From the NCBI GenBank assembly GCA_050951545.1, contig JBMNJG010000001.1:1-64000 (forward strand): 64,000 bases of DNA, written 5' to 3'. Of the stretch, positions 59,609-64,000 are shown in pieces. Made by a program: the position numbers and the translations under genes. This stretch comes from Limnochordia bacterium (GTDB taxonomy: Bacteria; Bacillota; Limnochordia; DTU080). The notes below the pieces were generated by a model. The model saw nothing but the letters and a program-made list of their open reading frames with translations. It ran no database searches and was not told the DNA's origin. Numbering within the stretch: the first letter of the stretch is position 1; each line of letters opens with the position of its first letter.

Positions 59609-60156
59609 GGCAGGGGTTATCTGATGCTACCTCTGCTTAGTAAGGTGGCCTGATTTGACGCTTACACTTCGACTACCTTGATCGCGTGTTAGCCAGTTAC
59701 CATGCTGTCGATCCTCGCAGTGCCGCTAGGCATGAGCCCCTCATCGTGGAGTACCTAAGTATCGTTTTGGGGCGTTCCATGCCGGGCACGCAGACAGCCG
59801 TTTCGTCCGAGGAGGTTTTGGACGCTGCCAGTTACTGGGAGGGCTCCACAACTCGTGTACCAGTGAACCGGTTTGAGCGAGACCGGCGTGCGCGCGACGC
59901 GTGCGTACTTCAGCAGGGTAGTAGGTGTGCGGCATGCGGGATGGCGTTCGGTGAGCGCTATGGCTCGGAGGTAGAGGGTTTCATCCACGTTCATCATCTT
60001 GTTCCGCTTGCCGAGATACGCGATGGGTACTCCCCTAATCCTGTACGTGATCTCGTACCCGTATGCCCCAACTGCCACGCGGTGATACACGCAGGAGGAG
60101 GCACCATACGAAGCGTGGAGCAGGTGCGGGAGATGCTGAGGCGGCAGACAGAGACG

Positions 60157-60250
60157 GCCCAACAAGCGCATTCAGCGGACGGGTGATGGTGTGGGTGCCT
60201 CTGGCGGAGACGGCGACCACCGCCGCAGCCTATACGCAAGATCGTTGTAC
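60157..60250 (+). repeat. attC site
   Basis: GCCCAAC..GCATTCAGCGG...GCAGCCTATACGC..GTTGTAC. Confidence 0.85.
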
Positions 60251-60276
60251 GGACTTGGTTTGTCGGGGGTGTCGGG

Positions 60277-60768
60277 TTGGCTTCTAGGGATGAGTTCATT
60301 TACCAGTGGGAGTACAACGGGCGGACCATTACGTTTTCTTGGGTTGGGAATGTAGATGTTGTACCTAGTCGTGTATATGCCCTGGCTTTCTCTGCGGAAG
60401 GGCGAATGTTGCTCGTCGGAGGTGGACCGGACGATCCTGATTTCTGGCTCCCCGGAGGCGGGATCGAGGAAGGCGAGACTCCCGAAGAGGCCTTGATCCG
60501 CGAGCTTTCTGAAGAGGCTGCAGCGACGGTTCAAAGGATGAAAATCATAGGTGCTCAACGGGTGGATGATTCCGATGGTGCCTGCGAGTATCACGCCTTC
60601 TTTTGGTGCCGTGTGACATTGGCGGATGAGTTTATCCCTCAATATGAGGTTGTTGAGCGCCGGCTTGTTGACCCTAAATACTTCTTGGATACGTTGTTCT
60701 GGGGGCGATCCGATCCCAAGGCTGAGATGCTGTTCGAGACTGCCCTCAAGCTGGAACACGGGGCATGA
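60277..60768 (+). CDS. cassette 10: NUDIX hydrolase
   Basis: GGGIEEGETPEEALIRELSEEA Nudix box. Confidence 0.88.
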   Translation: MASRDEFIYQWEYNGRTITFSWVGNVDVVPSRVYALAFSAEGRMLLVGGGPDDPDFWLPGGGIEEGETPEEALIRELSEEAAATVQRMKIIGAQRVDDSDGACEYHAFFWCRVTLADEFIPQYEVVERRLVDPKYFLDTLFWGRSDPKAEMLFETALKLEHGA

Positions 60769-60799
60769 CATATGTGGGCCGTAACACTCGGCGGGAGCC

Positions 60800-60887
60800 G
60801 TATAACAAGCGCATCCAGCGGACGGGTCATGGCGGCTGATTCCTTCGAGACTACGACCGCCGCCGGTGGTACGCAAGATCGTTAGGC
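60800..60887 (+). repeat. attC site
   Basis: GTATAAC..GCATCCAGCGG...CCGGTGGTACGC..GTTAGGC. Confidence 0.85.
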
Positions 60888-60913
60888 CCATTCCCAGCGG
60901 AGGTGTTTGGCCA

Positions 60914-61426
60914 ATGAAGTGGTGCATTACTGAGGATCTTGAGCTTCGGTTAGTGAATGAGCTCGATGCCCTGGCGATGTCCGAAGTTACGGGCGAGGTA
61001 CCGCATGAGGAGTGCCTATCATGGATACGCACTCTTCTCGACTACCATGCCAAGGGAGAGGGCATTCCGTGTGGTATCTGGGTGAGAGGGGAGTTGGCGG
61101 GATACCTTATTCTCGAGATACACGCCAATCGCAACGGCCTGTTTCACTATGGCCTTTTGCCTGCCTTCAGGGGTCAAGGATGGGTGACGCTGGCCTGCTC
61201 ATTCATGGTTGAGTACGCGTTTAACGAGCTAGGCCTTGACGTTGTTAAGGTTGATCCACTAGCTGCCAACATGGCCTCGTGTCGAGTTGCCGAACGGATC
61301 GGCTTTAGGAGAGTTGGGACTATGACTGTTCCATCTGGGGACGGCGGCACGCTCGACATTGCGCGGTATCGGTTGACCGCGCCGGAGTGGCAACACTTAT
61401 CCGTAGCTTCAAGAAATGCCCCTTGA
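60914..61426 (+). CDS. cassette 11: RimJ/RimL-type GNAT acetyltransferase
   Basis: YGLLPAFRGQG, YAFNELGL, N.AS.RVAERIGF; GGAGG RBS. Confidence 0.85.
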   Translation: MKWCITEDLELRLVNELDALAMSEVTGEVPHEECLSWIRTLLDYHAKGEGIPCGIWVRGELAGYLILEIHANRNGLFHYGLLPAFRGQGWVTLACSFMVEYAFNELGLDVVKVDPLAANMASCRVAERIGFRRVGTMTVPSGDGGTLDIARYRLTAPEWQHLSVASRNAP

Positions 61427-61490
61427 ATGTCGGAACAGAGGCTCTGATCTCCTTACCAGGTTAGCGGTCTGCCGTTGCCATAGTCGACGG

Positions 61491-61610
61491 GCCTAACAGG
61501 CGCATTAAGCTGATGTCCGCCCAGGTTGCAGTAGCCTGCTACCCCGTGCCTCATTTGTTGCCGGCGGCAATATCGGGGGCGGCCACAGCTTCTGCACAAA
61601 ATTGCCAGGC
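61491..61610 (+). repeat. divergent 120-bp attC, R' degenerate (GCCAGGC)
   Basis: GCCTAAC..GCATTAAGCTG..CCGCCC...GGGCGG..CAGCTTCTGC..GCCAGGC. Confidence 0.65.
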
Positions 61611-61633
61611 ATTCAGAAGGGACGGCTGCTTGA

Positions 61634-62754
61634 ATGAGCGCGTTCGAGATCGAAGAGAGAGTGTTCAGGCACATCGTGGCTGAAGGTACACCCTATGAGG
61701 TTGGATCGCAGTTGGCACAGGCGATCGAGGACGATCCTGGATTGGTGGCCCGCTATTCGTCGGGGGAGCCTGAACTTGCGGGGCAAGGCTTCGGGGGGCT
61801 AAAGGGCGTCATGTCCCTATGTGACCAGTACTGCCCAAGCCTGAACGAAGGAATCTGCGGTTTTGCTGATGCGGCAGGGATCCACCCTGGTAAGGTGCCA
61901 TTCTACCAAGCGATGACCATCGCTCCGTCGAAACCTAGCCATCGAGGTTGCAGCCACATAGCGGTACTACCGTCGGCTACCGAAATCGGTCATACTCTTG
62001 TCGCCCGAACTCATGAATTCAGCCTTGTTGGCAGGACCTGTGCTTGATCGTGGCCCGCAAGACAGGAGTGCCTTCTCATCTCGGGTATTCCGATCTGCTC
62101 TTCGGTCGGAGCGATGGCATGAACGAGTATGGACTATGTGTAACCACCTCTTCTGGTGGTGACAACAGGGCCCCAGCATCGATGGGGCTCTCAGAGATCT
62201 TCATAGTTCGAGCTATCCTCGATCGTTGTAGATCAGTCGATGAAGCGCTCGCTATCCTGCAGGAGCTAACACCAGCGGGTAGTATCAACGTATCCGTCGC
62301 CGATGCAGAGGGTCGCGCGGCACTATACGAGGCCAACGGCGGCACCCACGCGGCAAGGCAGGTGGCCGCTGGAGACAGTACCGAACCGTACCTTTTCTCC
62401 ACCAATCACACCAGCCTGCCAGGCATGACTGAGTACAACGAGAACTCCAATCCAAGTATGCTCGCAAACTCAAGAGCTAGAATGTGTTTGATCAGTTCTC
62501 GCCTAGGTGCGGTGCGGCCGAAGATCACCCGAGAGACCTTACGCGGCATGCTCTCTACACATATCCCCGATGGTCTGTGTGCGCACTTCTATAGCCGCGG
62601 ATTCGGCACTGTTTTCCAGATGATTTATGACGCTTCATCGCTCAACGCGGACGTGTGCTTTGGTGCACCAACCCACAACCAGTGGCGATCCGTAAGCTTG
62701 GCTGATCCCGTTGGACTGGTAAGGGTTGTTTCCGTGTTTCCCAACAAACGGTAG
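61634..62754 (+). pseudogene. cassette 12: C45 family (acyl-CoA:6-APA acyltransferase-like) Ntn hydrolase, frameshifted near 62030
   Basis: GTPYEVG, GCSH autoproteolysis site; DGMNEYGL and TNH motifs in the second frame. Confidence 0.75.
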
Positions 62755-62828
62755 CTGCCAGGTTCTGAAGACCGCTTTACCTTTGCGCGGGGAATCTTCG
62801 CGATCTCCTTTGTGCAGTACTTGAAGAT

Positions 62829-62919
62829 GCCTAACAAGCGCATCCGGCGGACGGGCGATGATGTGGTTGCCTCCAGCGGTATCGGCGACCGCCTCCGCTG
62901 ATACGCGAGAACGTTAGGC
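62829..62919 (+). repeat. attC site
   Basis: GCCTAAC..GCATCCGGCGG...CCGCTGATACGC..GTTAGGC. Confidence 0.88.
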
Positions 62920-62940
62920 GCATCTGGAGGGGGAGCAAGT

Positions 62941-63843
62941 ATGCTGGATGATCCGTTCGGTCGCGCGAGGAGTTTCATGTACTCCCATGCGCGGCTTCTT
63001 GAGAGGCTCCTTTTCGCCGTGAAGTTCGAGGGGGCAGCACCGGTAGCTGTCGGGAGGCTCGTCTCGGCCTACCAGCACCCTGACGGCGGACTTGGCCATG
63101 CCTTGGAACCGGATGTGCGCTGTCCGGAAAGTCAACCCCTGTTTGCCGAGATCGGTCTGAGCGCGATGCATGATGCTCAGTGGCGTGACCGCGATCTCTC
63201 GCTATCGATCTGTTCGTTCCTGGAAGGAGTCAGTAACACTAAAGGGCTTGTTCCCATCCTCTTGCCGAGCGCACTCCGCTCACCACATGCTGCACACTGG
63301 ACCTCTACCGGGGAACCCGGGATCAACCCTACTGCCAGCATCTGCGGTTTGCTACATTACCAGGGCGTCGAGCATCCCTGGTTGTCGCGCGCGACTCGCA
63401 CATGCTGTGAGCTTCTTCTACAAAACCCGCCGCGCGACGCGCATTCGTTACTATGTGCGGCACGCCTTGTCGAGCACCTTCCTGACCAACAACTAGCCGC
63501 GGATCTGGCCGACCGAATCGCCATGGCACTCCCTGACGCCCGTTTCTTTGTCTCGTCAGCACCTGTTACCACGTACGGGCTGACCCCGTTGCACTTTGCG
63601 CCATCTCCGGCGTCACCGTTGCGGAGGCTGTTCACGCGGGAGCAGATGGAAGGACATCTGGCGGATCTCATGGTAAGACAACAGGAAGACGGTGGTTGGC
63701 CGATAAGCTGGGATCCACCGGGATCGGCGTCCCGGAGCGAATGGAGAGGCAAGTGGACGCTTGAGGCGCTCTCGGTTCTTGTGGCCTACGGACGAATCAC
63801 AAACGCTCACTTGACACTCGAACACGAAAATGGACACGCCTAA
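62941..63843 (+). CDS. cassette 13: prenyltransferase/squalene-cyclase repeat (alpha-alpha toroid) protein
   Basis: ARLLER, YQHPDGGLGHALEPD.R.P.SQP, QQEDGGW.I.W; stop codon in attC. Confidence 0.7.
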   Translation: MLDDPFGRARSFMYSHARLLERLLFAVKFEGAAPVAVGRLVSAYQHPDGGLGHALEPDVRCPESQPLFAEIGLSAMHDAQWRDRDLSLSICSFLEGVSNTKGLVPILLPSALRSPHAAHWTSTGEPGINPTASICGLLHYQGVEHPWLSRATRTCCELLLQNPPRDAHSLLCAARLVEHLPDQQLAADLADRIAMALPDARFFVSSAPVTTYGLTPLHFAPSPASPLRRLFTREQMEGHLADLMVRQQEDGGWPISWDPPGSASRSEWRGKWTLEALSVLVAYGRITNAHLTLEHENGHA

Positions 63844-63926
63844 CAAGCGTATCCAGGGGACGGGAGTCGGCGGGCGGATCCGTTGAGAGTGGAGTCCGCC
63901 GCCGCTGGTACGCAAGGACGTTAGAC
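63838..63926 (+). repeat. attC site
   Basis: GCCTAAC-AAGCGTATCCAG...CCGCTGGTACGC..GTTAGAC. Confidence 0.88.
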
Positions 63927-64000
63927 AGACTTGCGCTGGTAGCGCCAACTGGTTCCTAGACCTGCAGGTCAGAGGGGAGACATCTTGCGTGAGAGAACGA

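Larger units (their letters stand above)
57102..59665 (+). mobile_element. IS66 family insertion sequence
   Basis: GTAACCGTCCAAT...ATTTGACGCTTAC ends; 8-bp TSD ACTTCGAC at 57094-57101 and 59666-59673. Confidence 0.95.
56712..60186 (+). pseudogene. cassette 9: McrA-like HNH endonuclease interrupted by IS66 (56712-57101 + 59674-60186)
   Basis: Removing the IS and one TSD copy gives in-frame ..KVHFD|YLDRV..; ERDRRARD, CAACG, IHVHHLVPL, CPNCHAVIH. Confidence 0.85.
44849..64000 (+). mobile_element. integron (intI, attI, 18 attC-like sites); array continues beyond window
   Basis: Integron integrase plus regularly spaced RYYYAAC...GTTRRRY inverted-repeat sites separating single co-oriented ORFs. 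Confidence 0.93.

Noticed and set aside
60172-61032. 286-aa minus-strand ORF spanning two attC sites
   Set aside because: Low-information antisense ORF over NUDIX/GNAT cassettes with clear plus-strand motifs
45048-63926. Recurring ~90-bp repeats as a CRISPR array or REP elements
   Set aside because: The spacers are whole genes, the repeats have R''/L''/L'/R' architecture, and no cas genes are present: they are attC sites

Overview
This GC-rich bacterial window has three parts. The host is probably an anaerobic, possibly spore-forming Bacillota; this is inferred from strong AGGAGG ribosome-binding sites, a Cu-amine-oxidase N-terminal domain protein, a ferritin-like spore-type protein, PduX and TM1266. 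(1) 1-21.7 kb holds carbohydrate/sugar-acid catabolism genes, orphan ABC sugar-binding proteins, secreted beta-helix and beta-propeller proteins, and a TM1266-hydE-hydG-hydF [FeFe]-hydrogenase maturation operon preceded by a terminator-containing structured leader. (2) 22-44.8 kb holds two convergent cobalamin-riboswitch-controlled cobamide salvage units (btuR/cobO; cobT-cobU-cbiB-cobS-pduX'-cobC-cobQ, with CobQ lacking its glutaminase domain). It also holds an ECF sigma factor with a long C-terminal extension, a tandem two-module QueG/reductive-dehalogenase-like Fe-S protein, uvsE, an S9 peptidase, an aldo-keto reductase and a GH29 fucosidase. (3) 44.8-64 kb is a large integron with a 'reverse' architecture. 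intI (49202-50218) is co-oriented with its cassettes and attI lies 3' of intI. 13 attC sites follow downstream (the array runs off the window end) and 5 lie upstream in a decayed, partly duplicated array. Cassettes include several nuclease/defence-like genes and a putative ADP-ribosyltransferase. IS1634 and IS66 insertions and an IscB PLMP-like remnant are also present. All protein family calls come from motif recognition by eye; no database searches were run.
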